From Pseudomonadota bacterium (GTDB taxonomy: Bacteria; Pseudomonadota; Gammaproteobacteria; UBA9214): a stretch of DNA of 60,703 nt. Of the stretch, positions 9,863 to 17,505 are shown piece by piece (position 1 is the first letter of the stretch; every line of letters begins with the position of its first letter). Below the pieces are notes generated by a model. It searched no databases, was not told the DNA's origin, and saw nothing but the letters and a program-made list of their open reading frames with translations. A program made the position numbers and the translations under genes. The stretch spans positions 1 to 60,703 of the forward strand of contig JARFQV010000223.1 of the NCBI GenBank assembly GCA_029287615.1, written 5' to 3'.

Positions 9863-10408
9863 ATGATACGAGGATTATTCATCGTCCTGATCTTGTCGGT
9901 CTACCAGGCGCAGGCTGCCGTTTATCGTTCGGTTGATGAAGAGGGTAATGTAACCTTCACTGATCAACCATCAAAGGGATCCGAGCGTGTGAAAATCCCC
10001 TCGTTACCGACATTTACGCCACCACCAATGCCAAGATTCAGCCCGACGCCGACAGTGACCGAAGAGGCGAACAAGGCGATTTATGAAAAATTCTCCATTA
10101 CCAGACCGGAGAATGACCTTGCCTTCTGGGACAATGAAGGATTCGTGGATGTAGAGTTATTACTTGAGCCGGGGCTGCAAACCGGTCTTGGTCACAAGGT
10201 AGTGATCTATATGGACGGCGAACCGGCCACCTCACCCATGGATGCGATGAATTTTCGATTCAAGGATGTGGATCGTGGTACCCATACCCTTGCCGCAAAA
10301 GTGGTGGACAGCGATGGCAAGGTACTGATGAATACAGGGGATGTAATTTTCCACCTCAAAAGGCAATCCATCAATTTTCCGAACCGCAACCGGCCGACTC
10401 CCTTCTGA
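9863..10408 (+). CDS. DUF4124 domain-containing exported protein
   Basis: Signal peptide (LILSVYQAQA) followed by VYRSVDEEGNVTFTDQP, the DUF4124 signature. It occupies the glnA-ntrB intergenic slot. Confidence 0.8.
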   Translation: MIRGLFIVLILSVYQAQAAVYRSVDEEGNVTFTDQPSKGSERVKIPSLPTFTPPPMPRFSPTPTVTEEANKAIYEKFSITRPENDLAFWDNEGFVDVELLLEPGLQTGLGHKVVIYMDGEPATSPMDAMNFRFKDVDRGTHTLAAKVVDSDGKVLMNTGDVIFHLKRQSINFPNRNRPTPF

Positions 10409-10664
10409 TTTAGATGGCCGTCTGGTTTGGCCCGGCTGAATAAATCGGTACCACCGAACCTGATTAACCATGATCTGCCGTCCCGCTTGAGTAATACCCA
10501 GCAAGCTGGTTTTCTTTCCAATACAAGTGCTACACAACCCGATTCCCTGGAACGTATCATCATAGTCTGATGACGGGCCGCGGTGATACCCGGTTGCTGG
10601 TCTTGTCCCTCATGCACCGTTGACTCAGTAGCCGCACTGTTTGATTCGGTGAGCTTTCCCAGTT

Positions 10665-10699
10665 TTTTCAGGTTGTTCTTTTTGCACTATAATGGTGCA
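10665..10699 (+). promoter_or_regulatory. NtrC box overlapping a sigma-70-like promoter upstream of ntrB
   Basis: TGCACTATAATGGTGCA (10683-10699) matches 13 of 14 defined positions of the NtrC consensus and contains TATAAT (10688-10693). TTTTCA lies 17 nt upstream as a possible -35. Confidence 0.6.
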
Positions 10700-10817
10700 A
10701 CATATCTGTGTTATGGGCGGTGCATACCGGCCTGCTTATTATCGCATTATATGTAATTACTTATAATACATATGGTTAAGTGCGCTGTAACAACGGCAGT
10801 ACGGTCTCGATTATAGC

Positions 10818-10833
10818 TGGTTTGTTTTTTGCA
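10818..10833 (+). promoter_or_regulatory. possible sigma-54 -24/-12 element immediately before the ntrB ATG
   Basis: TGGTTTGTTTTTTGCA has GG and TTGCA at canonical spacing. The -12 GC is only 12 nt from the ATG at 10845, so function is doubtful. Confidence 0.3.
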
Positions 10834-10844
10834 TAAGAGCCACT

Positions 10845-11924
10845 ATGGGCATCACTTTAGACTGGATTCACCAAAATACACGGAATCTGCTCGACGGATT
10901 GAATACCGCAGTATTTGTGTTCGATAACGACTTGCGGCTCGTCTACATCAATGCGGCGGGTGAAATGCTGATGGACAACAGCGCCAGCCATTGCATAGGG
11001 CTCGATATCGATGGGCTGGTAGTTGACTCGGATTATATGCAGAAACACCTCAGGCAGGCCCTGCAGACCGGTCAGCCCTATATGCAGCGAGGCTGCCGTC
11101 TGCAACCCAATGGCCGGGATACCGTTACAGTGGATTGTACCGGCATACCCTTGTACCTGGACGGAGAAATTCAAGGGCTCCTCGTTGAGATGCTACAGGT
11201 AGACAGACAGCTTCGAATCAACCTCGAGACTCATTTACTGGACCAGCAACAGGCAACCCGGTCACTGGTCCGGGGGCTTGCCCACGAAATCAAGAATCCA
11301 CTGGGTGGCTTGCGCGGTGCAGCGCAATTGCTGGAGCAGGAGATAACCGATGAGTACCTGAAGGAGTACACAAGGATCATTATCGGTGAGGCGGACCGTC
11401 TGCAGAATTTGGTGAATCGCATGCTGGGTCCGAATAACGTACCCCGCATGCGATCAGTCAATATCCACGAGGTGCTGGCGCACGTGTGCAGCCTGGTACA
11501 GGCAGAGAATCTTCCCGGGCTGGTAATGAAGCAGGACTATGATCCCAGTATCCCGGAGTTATGGGCAGACCGCGATCTGCTGGTGCAGGCAGTGCTGAAT
11601 ATTGTGCGCAATGCAGTTCAGGCATTGCAGGGAAAAGGTCTTGTTTACCTGCGTACGCGAACATTGCGTCAGTACACGATTGGTAACCAACGCTACCGTC
11701 ATGTAGTCAAGGTTGAAATCCTTGATAACGGACCGGGTATTCCGAAAGAGATGCTGAAGCAGATATTTTTACCGATGATTACCACCAGCCCGGAGGGTAC
11801 CGGTCTGGGACTGTCCATAGCGCAGTCTATCCTCAATCAGCACAAGGGTTTGATTGAATGCCAAAGCGAGCCAGGCAATACCAAATTTACCTTGTTGTTA
11901 CCGTTGGAGTCAGAACATGAGTAA
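10845..11924 (+). CDS. ntrB: nitrogen regulation sensor histidine kinase NtrB
   Basis: PAS-like N-terminus, H-box LAHEIKNPLGGLRGAAQLL, and an HATPase C-terminus (GTGLGLSIAQ). Confidence 0.94.
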   Translation: MGITLDWIHQNTRNLLDGLNTAVFVFDNDLRLVYINAAGEMLMDNSASHCIGLDIDGLVVDSDYMQKHLRQALQTGQPYMQRGCRLQPNGRDTVTVDCTGIPLYLDGEIQGLLVEMLQVDRQLRINLETHLLDQQQATRSLVRGLAHEIKNPLGGLRGAAQLLEQEITDEYLKEYTRIIIGEADRLQNLVNRMLGPNNVPRMRSVNIHEVLAHVCSLVQAENLPGLVMKQDYDPSIPELWADRDLLVQAVLNIVRNAVQALQGKGLVYLRTRTLRQYTIGNQRYRHVVKVEILDNGPGIPKEMLKQIFLPMITTSPEGTGLGLSIAQSILNQHKGLIECQSEPGNTKFTLLLPLESEHE

Positions 11925-13335
11925 GGCACAGTCAATCTGGGTCATCGATGATGATCGTTCCATTCGATGGGTGCTGGAAAAAGCGCTCGGCAAGGCTGGA
12001 ATGGAGGTAAACAGTTTCTCATCGGCCACCGGGGTGCTGGGAGCACTGGCTGATAAACGACCCGATGCACTGATCACCGATATACGAATGCCGGGTATGG
12101 ATGGACTGGAATTACTGGACCGGATCAACAATCAGTATCCCGATTTACCAGTCATCATAATGACGGCTCACTCGGATCTGGATAGTGCGGTGGCCTCCTA
12201 TCAGGGGGGGGCTTTCGAATATCTGCCCAAGCCATTTGATGTCAACGAAGCGGTAGCCATGGCTAACCGTGCTGTTGAGCATGGACGGCGGAATTCCGGT
12301 ACGGCCGTAGTGGAAGAAAAGTTGAGCACTCCCGAGATCATCGGCAAGGCGCCGGCCATGCAGGAGGTTTTTCGTGCGATTGGTCGTTTGTCACAGTCCA
12401 ATATAACGGTATTGATCAATGGCGAATCCGGTACCGGTAAGGAACTGGTTGCGCAGGCACTGCATCAGCACAGTCCGCGTGCCAGCCAGGCGTTTGTCGC
12501 CCTGAACATGGCGGCTATACCGCGCGATTTACTTGAATCTGAGTTATTCGGGCATGAACGGGGCGCCTTTACCGGTGCGCAGAACCGGCGTATTGGACGC
12601 TTTGAACAGGCGGATGGTGGCACCCTGTTCCTGGACGAGATCGGGGATATGCCGGCCGAATTACAGACACGGCTTTTGCGTGTACTGGCAGACGGTGAAT
12701 TCTACCGGGTAGGCGCACACACCCCGGTCAAGGTCGATGTACGCATCATAGCCGCAACGCACCAGAACCTGGATCAGCGGGTCAAGGATGGCCTGTTTCG
12801 CGAGGATCTTTATCATCGTCTTAATGTAATTCGTATCCATATCCCTTCGTTGAGGGAACGCCGCGAGGACATACCGTTGTTGATGAGGTACTTCCTGGAC
12901 TTGGCTGCACAGGAACTCAATATGGAATCCAAGGCACTGGACCCGATAGCAGAACAACGTCTTGTGGAGATTGACTGGCCTGGTAATGTTCGTCAGCTGG
13001 AAAACCTGTGTCGCTGGTTGACCGTGATGTCCTCCGGACAGGATATCCTTCTGGAAGATCTGCCTGCTGAAATCCGGGAACCAGCGGAGGAGACAACTGG
13101 TGGCGCGAGTGGCTGGGTTGCCGTGTTGCGGAACTGGGCCCGTCAACAACTGGCAGCCGGTCGCAAGGGTTTGCTGGAAGAGGCCATGCCGGATTTCGAG
13201 CGTGCCATGATCGAGGTGGCCTTGCAGCAGACGGGTGGCAGACGCCAGGAAGCGGCGAGGTTACTCGGCTGGGGGCGCAATACCCTGACTCGCAAGATCA
13301 AGGAACTGGATATGAATGATAATGCTCGTGCCTGA
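11917..13335 (+). CDS. ntrC: nitrogen regulation response regulator NtrC (sigma-54 activator)
   Basis: ORF 11854..13335, trimmed to the ATG at 11917 (MSKAQSIWVIDDDRSIRWVLEKAL). It has a receiver domain, Walker A GESGTGKE, GAFTGA and a C-terminal HTH. It overlaps the ntrB stop by 8 nt. Confidence 0.95.
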   Translation: MSKAQSIWVIDDDRSIRWVLEKALGKAGMEVNSFSSATGVLGALADKRPDALITDIRMPGMDGLELLDRINNQYPDLPVIIMTAHSDLDSAVASYQGGAFEYLPKPFDVNEAVAMANRAVEHGRRNSGTAVVEEKLSTPEIIGKAPAMQEVFRAIGRLSQSNITVLINGESGTGKELVAQALHQHSPRASQAFVALNMAAIPRDLLESELFGHERGAFTGAQNRRIGRFEQADGGTLFLDEIGDMPAELQTRLLRVLADGEFYRVGAHTPVKVDVRIIAATHQNLDQRVKDGLFREDLYHRLNVIRIHIPSLRERREDIPLLMRYFLDLAAQELNMESKALDPIAEQRLVEIDWPGNVRQLENLCRWLTVMSSGQDILLEDLPAEIREPAEETTGGASGWVAVLRNWARQQLAAGRKGLLEEAMPDFERAMIEVALQQTGGRRQEAARLLGWGRNTLTRKIKELDMNDNARA

Positions 13336-13397
13336 TCTGTTTTCTGCTGCCTGATACCTCAGATTTTCAAGTTCGCAATTTAGCCTTTAAAATACGC

Positions 13398-13423
13398 CCC
13401 CAGTTCGAGTCTACGAATTGGGG
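13398..13423 (+). terminator. hairpin downstream of ntrC (no U-tract)
   Basis: CCCCAGTTCG-AGTCTA-CGAATTGGGG: a 10-bp stem with one G-T pair. No T-run follows, so its terminator status is uncertain. Confidence 0.3.
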
Positions 13424-13493
13424 ACGGCATGCTGACCGTACGATGTCACCAGGTGGCGGTTCTGAATAAGCCCGTTACGGCTCGCAACAATCC

Positions 13494-15518
13494 GTGAGGA
13501 TGAGCCATTCACGCGGTTTGTTGTGGCAGGTACGCGGATGCCATGCCTATCTGATCTTCCTGTGCCTCATGCAAATCGCCGGTACCGGCATGGCTGAAGA
13601 GCAGGGTGTTGAACCCGGCGTTCAGTCTGCTGATACCAGTGAAGTCTATACCGACCAGCTGATCGACCCCGGAGTGGCAGACGAGGTTTTCGATTCCCGA
13701 ACAGATGGTTTTTTCGAGGAACCCGAGGGACGACGTTTTTTCAATGTACAATACCGTCACTTCCTGGAAGACCTGGATGAGGCAGGTACTTCCTACGAAG
13801 ATGGTATTCTCTTGCAATGGCGGCGCGAGACGCAGGATCTGGGTGAACTGGACATGTTTGCCACGCTGCGGCATCTGCGTGGTGATGATCTCGACATCAG
13901 GGGACCGTCAACCGGTGGAGTGCTGACTCTCAGGCAGCATGGATTCGCGCTTAGCAACCGGTGGCTGATGGATAACGCGGCAGGGGTGCTGCGTACCACC
14001 GCCGATCCCGTAATCAGTTCCAGTTACCGGATCAACCTGCCCTCAAGCCTGATGGCTGGCGCACAGCTTCTTCTCGATGATGGCGTTTCACAATGGCGCT
14101 TCAATGCAGGTAGGCTGGGTTCCCTGGGAACGGGACAGGTCGATGCGTTTGACAGCAGGGATGGTTTGCTGGCAAACCTTGGTTACAGTCGTCAATTCAA
14201 TGTTCGCTGGCGCGGAGGCCTGCACCTCGTTCATCTCAATGATCACGACCGGGTCGAGGATCATCAAAGTGTTGTCGGACTGCTGCAGTACGAAACACCT
14301 GATAGAAACCAGCGATATCAGATACACACCCTTAATGACAGTAAGGGAAATTTCGGCGTGTGGCTTGATGGTGAGAACCGCATTGGTCGGTGGAGACACC
14401 GGTACGGGACTTTCCGGCTGGAACCGAACCTGCTCTGGACCGATGTGCCGGTTACCAATGACCAGCAGGGACTCTATGCGCGATCCGAGTTTCGTACCTT
14501 CCGCTTTTTCATGTCGGGTGGTGCCGATTACCGTGAAACCGATATCAAGGATGATCCGCGCCGGACGGGTACCCGAACCACCAGTGGATTTATCAATGGT
14601 ACATGGCGGGTGCGCGCCAGCACCAGTCTGGGTGGTACGCTGAGCGCGGTAGACTCACGGCCGCACAATGGTGGTGATGGAGATGATAATCGGACGGTTC
14701 GTCTCACCGGTTTTGTCTCGCAATCCGTTCCGATTGGTATAACCCGTTTGCAGCTATCCGTTGCCGATCTCAATGAAGGGAATGACGGCGATGGTCAGAT
14801 CTATGGTGTGATATGGGATCAGGACTGGAATTTTATCAGGACGCTTTCCCTGTCAACCTCACTCTCTCATGCGCGTAGCAGCGGATCCCTGGATGAGGAC
14901 AGACGTGATTCCGCCAGCCTGTTGTTACGGCATGATTTCAGTTCACGCTTTAACTGGAACAGCAGTTTCAGTTATACAAGAGTCGAGATGAATACCAGCA
15001 ATACCCAGGACGGCTACAACGCAAACCTGGGCGTGGGATGGCGATTCCTTCCTGACTGGGATGCCGGGCTGCAATTGGTGTGGAACCGGACTGATACGGA
15101 TTTCGGCAGATTGTCAGATAATGAGCGATCGGTGACCGACAAGTCACTCATGCTCAGTATACGACACAGTCGACGTAGCGGGCGTCCCATTGTCGCAGAG
15201 GGGCAGCGTCATAGCGGACAGGGTTACGGGAAGGTTGCCGGCCAGGTCTTCTATGACAGGAACGGCGATGGTGTGCGTCAGGCCGGTGAGGAGGCAGCGG
15301 AAGGAGTCCCTGTCTATCTTGACGGGCGATACGAACGTTTAACAGATCATGAGGGCCGTTTCCTGTTTAGCCCGGTTCCCGTGGGTGAACATCATTTGTC
15401 ACTGGCGCTGGAAGACGTGCCGCTGCCCTGGGGTTTGGAGGATGAGACACCGCAACCGGTAAGTGTATCGGTTCGCGAACAAACGGAGCATTCGGTTGGA
15501 CTGGTCCGGATTGAATAG
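13494..15518 (+). CDS. putative large beta-barrel outer-membrane protein with a C-terminal Cna-B/SdrD-B-like beta-sandwich domain
   Basis: Signal-like segment AYLIFLCLMQIAGTGMA, then an acidic linker. About 480 aa follow with alternating aromatic/Arg-rich short strands. The C-terminal GKVAGQVFYDRNGDGVRQAGE...LTDHEGRFLFSPVPVGEHHLSL has a Cna-B-type pattern. The ATG at 13500 is an alternative start. Confidence 0.6.
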   Translation: MRMSHSRGLLWQVRGCHAYLIFLCLMQIAGTGMAEEQGVEPGVQSADTSEVYTDQLIDPGVADEVFDSRTDGFFEEPEGRRFFNVQYRHFLEDLDEAGTSYEDGILLQWRRETQDLGELDMFATLRHLRGDDLDIRGPSTGGVLTLRQHGFALSNRWLMDNAAGVLRTTADPVISSSYRINLPSSLMAGAQLLLDDGVSQWRFNAGRLGSLGTGQVDAFDSRDGLLANLGYSRQFNVRWRGGLHLVHLNDHDRVEDHQSVVGLLQYETPDRNQRYQIHTLNDSKGNFGVWLDGENRIGRWRHRYGTFRLEPNLLWTDVPVTNDQQGLYARSEFRTFRFFMSGGADYRETDIKDDPRRTGTRTTSGFINGTWRVRASTSLGGTLSAVDSRPHNGGDGDDNRTVRLTGFVSQSVPIGITRLQLSVADLNEGNDGDGQIYGVIWDQDWNFIRTLSLSTSLSHARSSGSLDEDRRDSASLLLRHDFSSRFNWNSSFSYTRVEMNTSNTQDGYNANLGVGWRFLPDWDAGLQLVWNRTDTDFGRLSDNERSVTDKSLMLSIRHSRRSGRPIVAEGQRHSGQGYGKVAGQVFYDRNGDGVRQAGEEAAEGVPVYLDGRYERLTDHEGRFLFSPVPVGEHHLSLALEDVPLPWGLEDETPQPVSVSVREQTEHSVGLVRIE

Positions 15519-15531
15519 GCTGGAAATTCGT

Positions 15532-16371
15532 TTAGCGCTGGCTTGCCTCGACCATCCTGTCAAGACGCTCCCTGCCGCCGTCCCATTCAATAACACCCTT
15601 CAGCTCCAGTGGAGGCCTCAGAGTTACCGGTTCATCCTGGTCCAGAGTCGCCTGCCAGATCGGGATGGCGCGGGTATGCCCCGGCAGGACGGGGGAGGGT
15701 GATACACTGAACTCCAGGCGCTTGCCACTTGCATCCCTTCCTTGCAGTAATCCCTGCGGCCTGCCATGGGCGTTTCCCTTGTTGTGGAAAACGGCGACGG
15801 GTGTCAGACGGCCATTGACCTCGTCCAGTTTCAGCTCCTTGAGATCCAGGTCGGCTTTTGCATCTCCCACCACCACATAGATGATAACCGCGATGCGGCC
15901 ATGTATCGGGAAACTGATATTTTGCGCCTTGGCCATCAAAGCGTCTTCTTCCGCGGACTCGAGCAGCAGGGCGAGTCGACACTCTCCCGCAGGCGCATCC
16001 TCAGGTACCCTGATTTCAAACCGGTAGCGTTTGCTGGCCTGTGCAGCAAGCCTGATCTTATGACGTTCAATCCGCGCCCAGGGCCGACAGCTGTCGGGCT
16101 GCAGGGCGGGTGGATGAATAACCACACCGCCCTGATCGTTGAGCATCCAGTCTGCGGTTCGCAGCTGAAAGGTGTTCGGCTGGTCATCGGAATTCTGGAT
16201 TTCAACTATATCGCGAATAGACTGGCCTGGTGTGGCCTTCAGTTCAAAGCGTGGCGGCGAAACCTGGGCTGCAAAACCGGATGCACGAACTGCAACCGGT
16301 ATCGTCAATAGAGACAGCAGCAGGATCTTGAGCAGACTGCGGAAATCAGGGGCTAATAATTTCGATATCAT
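15532..16371 (-). CDS. PapD-like periplasmic pilus chaperone-like protein
   Basis: ORF 15532..16416, trimmed to the ATG at 16371 (MISKLLAPDFRSLLKILLLSLLTIPVAVRASG signal). VSPPRFELKATPGQSIRDIVEIQNSDDQPNTFQLRTADW fits the domain-1 pattern of fimbrial chaperones. It overlaps the upstream gene by 26 nt. Confidence 0.6.
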   Translation of the reverse strand: MISKLLAPDFRSLLKILLLSLLTIPVAVRASGFAAQVSPPRFELKATPGQSIRDIVEIQNSDDQPNTFQLRTADWMLNDQGGVVIHPPALQPDSCRPWARIERHKIRLAAQASKRYRFEIRVPEDAPAGECRLALLLESAEEDALMAKAQNISFPIHGRIAVIIYVVVGDAKADLDLKELKLDEVNGRLTPVAVFHNKGNAHGRPQGLLQGRDASGKRLEFSVSPSPVLPGHTRAIPIWQATLDQDEPVTLRPPLELKGVIEWDGGRERLDRMVEASQR

Positions 16372-16828
16372 AGACAGGTACAAAGCGCATGGTTTTGGAG
16401 AGGAAGCGTGCATCAATTTCTACCGTAAAGTCGAATCTGTCAATCATAACCTCGTCAGTTATGACTCCTTCAAAAATGGTTTCAGCAAATCCCGGCGTAA
16501 CGGATCCGCTGTTGAACAGCCCATTGGTAATCCAGCTGAGACGCAGACTGGACGGATCTTCGAGCCCACGTATTACAACCGGCAGCAGCAGGCTGATCCG
16601 TGCTCTCTGGCCCACGTACGCAGAAGTATTGAGCCGTATTTCCACATTACGTGCCTGTCCGAACATTGCCTGAAACTGTGCCTCGTCGAGTTGTTCGAGC
16701 CGGTTCTGGTATTTCCACTGCAGATCCAGGTCCAGTTGCTGGCGTGGCGAGAGGGAATCGTCCAGTCTCTCGGCCAGGATAGGCTTGTTCAGGAATAATA
16801 GTGCGGGAAAGATCCAGTAAAGCTTCAT
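16346..16828 (-). CDS. small secreted protein of the fibre locus, function unknown
   Basis: 160 aa with a signal-like N-terminus MKLYWIFPALLFLNKPILA. An ATGA start/stop overlap joins it to the upstream 174-aa gene. The C-terminal half is beta-rich. Confidence 0.55.
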   Translation of the reverse strand: MKLYWIFPALLFLNKPILAERLDDSLSPRQQLDLDLQWKYQNRLEQLDEAQFQAMFGQARNVEIRLNTSAYVGQRARISLLLPVVIRGLEDPSSLRLSWITNGLFNSGSVTPGFAETIFEGVITDEVMIDRFDFTVEIDARFLSKTMRFVPVYDIEIISP

Positions 16829-17349
16829 GGAAAAGCCAGTGTGTAGACAACACGGCCGGTATAGGTGCCAGCCTCCAGGATGCGTGTATTGGCGTAGATG
16901 AATGTCAGCCTGTCATTCACACGAACGGAGCTAGGATAGGTGACCAGCACCTGGTATGCGGTTCCGTCGAAGGTACCGCCCGGTATATCACCGTCACGTG
17001 ACGTCCAGCTGATATCGCCAAAGGGCAGGGTGCTGCTGCCATTGGACAGGGGCGTTGAGGAGTCTGCGGACAGGATACCCGTCAATGGACTTGAAGCGCG
17101 TGCCCGGATCACCATCTGGAAGCTGATCGAAGAAGTGCTGGTGATCGGGTTACCGTTACCCAGATCGGCAAGCGGGACGGTGAAGTCGACCTCATCGATT
17201 CTGGGACCGCTGCTGCCCACGATCAGCCGAAGCCTCGGCACAGTGCGGTCGGGAATATTAAACACAATAGCGACTGTCTGCTGGCACCAGGCGGACAGCA
17301 TGATATACAGGAGTGTATGTGCAGTTACTCTCAGCCAATGCCTGTTCAT
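16825..17349 (-). CDS. pilin-like secreted subunit (paralog of the 202-aa protein)
   Basis: 174 aa with a hydrophobic N-terminus. It shares three blocks with ORF 17506..18114, including the C-terminal EAGTYTGRVVYTLAFP. Confidence 0.6.
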   Translation of the reverse strand: MNRHWLRVTAHTLLYIMLSAWCQQTVAIVFNIPDRTVPRLRLIVGSSGPRIDEVDFTVPLADLGNGNPITSTSSISFQMVIRARASSPLTGILSADSSTPLSNGSSTLPFGDISWTSRDGDIPGGTFDGTAYQVLVTYPSSVRVNDRLTFIYANTRILEAGTYTGRVVYTLAFP

Positions 17350-17466
17350 GAAGTAACCCGGCAGGACGCAAGTTTCAAAACCTGAATGCTACCGCCAAAG
17401 CGGCAATCAACCAAGTGAGAATTCCGTGAAACCGGATCGAGTCAGACTGGACAGGATTGGGAACAG

Positions 17467-17497
17467 AAAAAGCCCGCCCCGCTTTTCCGGGGCGGGC
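17467..17497 (-). terminator. strong intrinsic terminator directly after the 202-aa subunit gene
   Basis: On the minus strand: GCCCGCCCCG-GAAAAG-CGGGGCGGGC, a 10-bp perfect GC stem, followed by TTTTT. It begins 8 nt after the stop codon. Confidence 0.8.
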
Positions 17498-17505
17498 TCC
17501 TGCAA

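Noticed and set aside
10735-10790. AT-rich palindromic block (GCATTATATGTAATTACTTATAATACATATGG) checked as a possible dif/Xer site, because xerC is in the window.
   Set aside because: Alignment to the dif consensus (GGTGCGCATAA-TGTATA-TTATGTTAAAT) matches only about half of the XerD arm, and the XerC arm poorly. Its location in a promoter region fits a bending or regulatory role better.
13397-13425. GTTCGAGTC within CCCCAGTTCGAGTCTACGAATTGGGG looked like a tRNA T-arm, which might mark a tRNA-fragment integration scar next to the accessory locus.
   Set aside because: The flanks do not form a 5-bp T-stem around a TTCGAGT loop. There is no acceptor or anticodon arm and no CCA context. It is only a simple hairpin.
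13417-13435. TTGGGGACGGCATGCTG upstream of the 674-aa gene, considered as a sigma-54 promoter.
   Set aside because: The GG-to-GC spacing is one nucleotide short (N9 instead of N10), and there is no TTGC at -12.
15766-16798. Plus-strand ORFs 15766..16311 (181 aa) and 16172..16798 (208 aa) opposite the chaperone-like and 160-aa genes. They could change the reading of the novel locus.
   Set aside because: The minus-strand products have signal peptides, chaperone-like motifs and start/stop coupling. The plus-strand products are Arg/Cys-rich, lack starts with ribosome-binding sites, and would break the operon logic.
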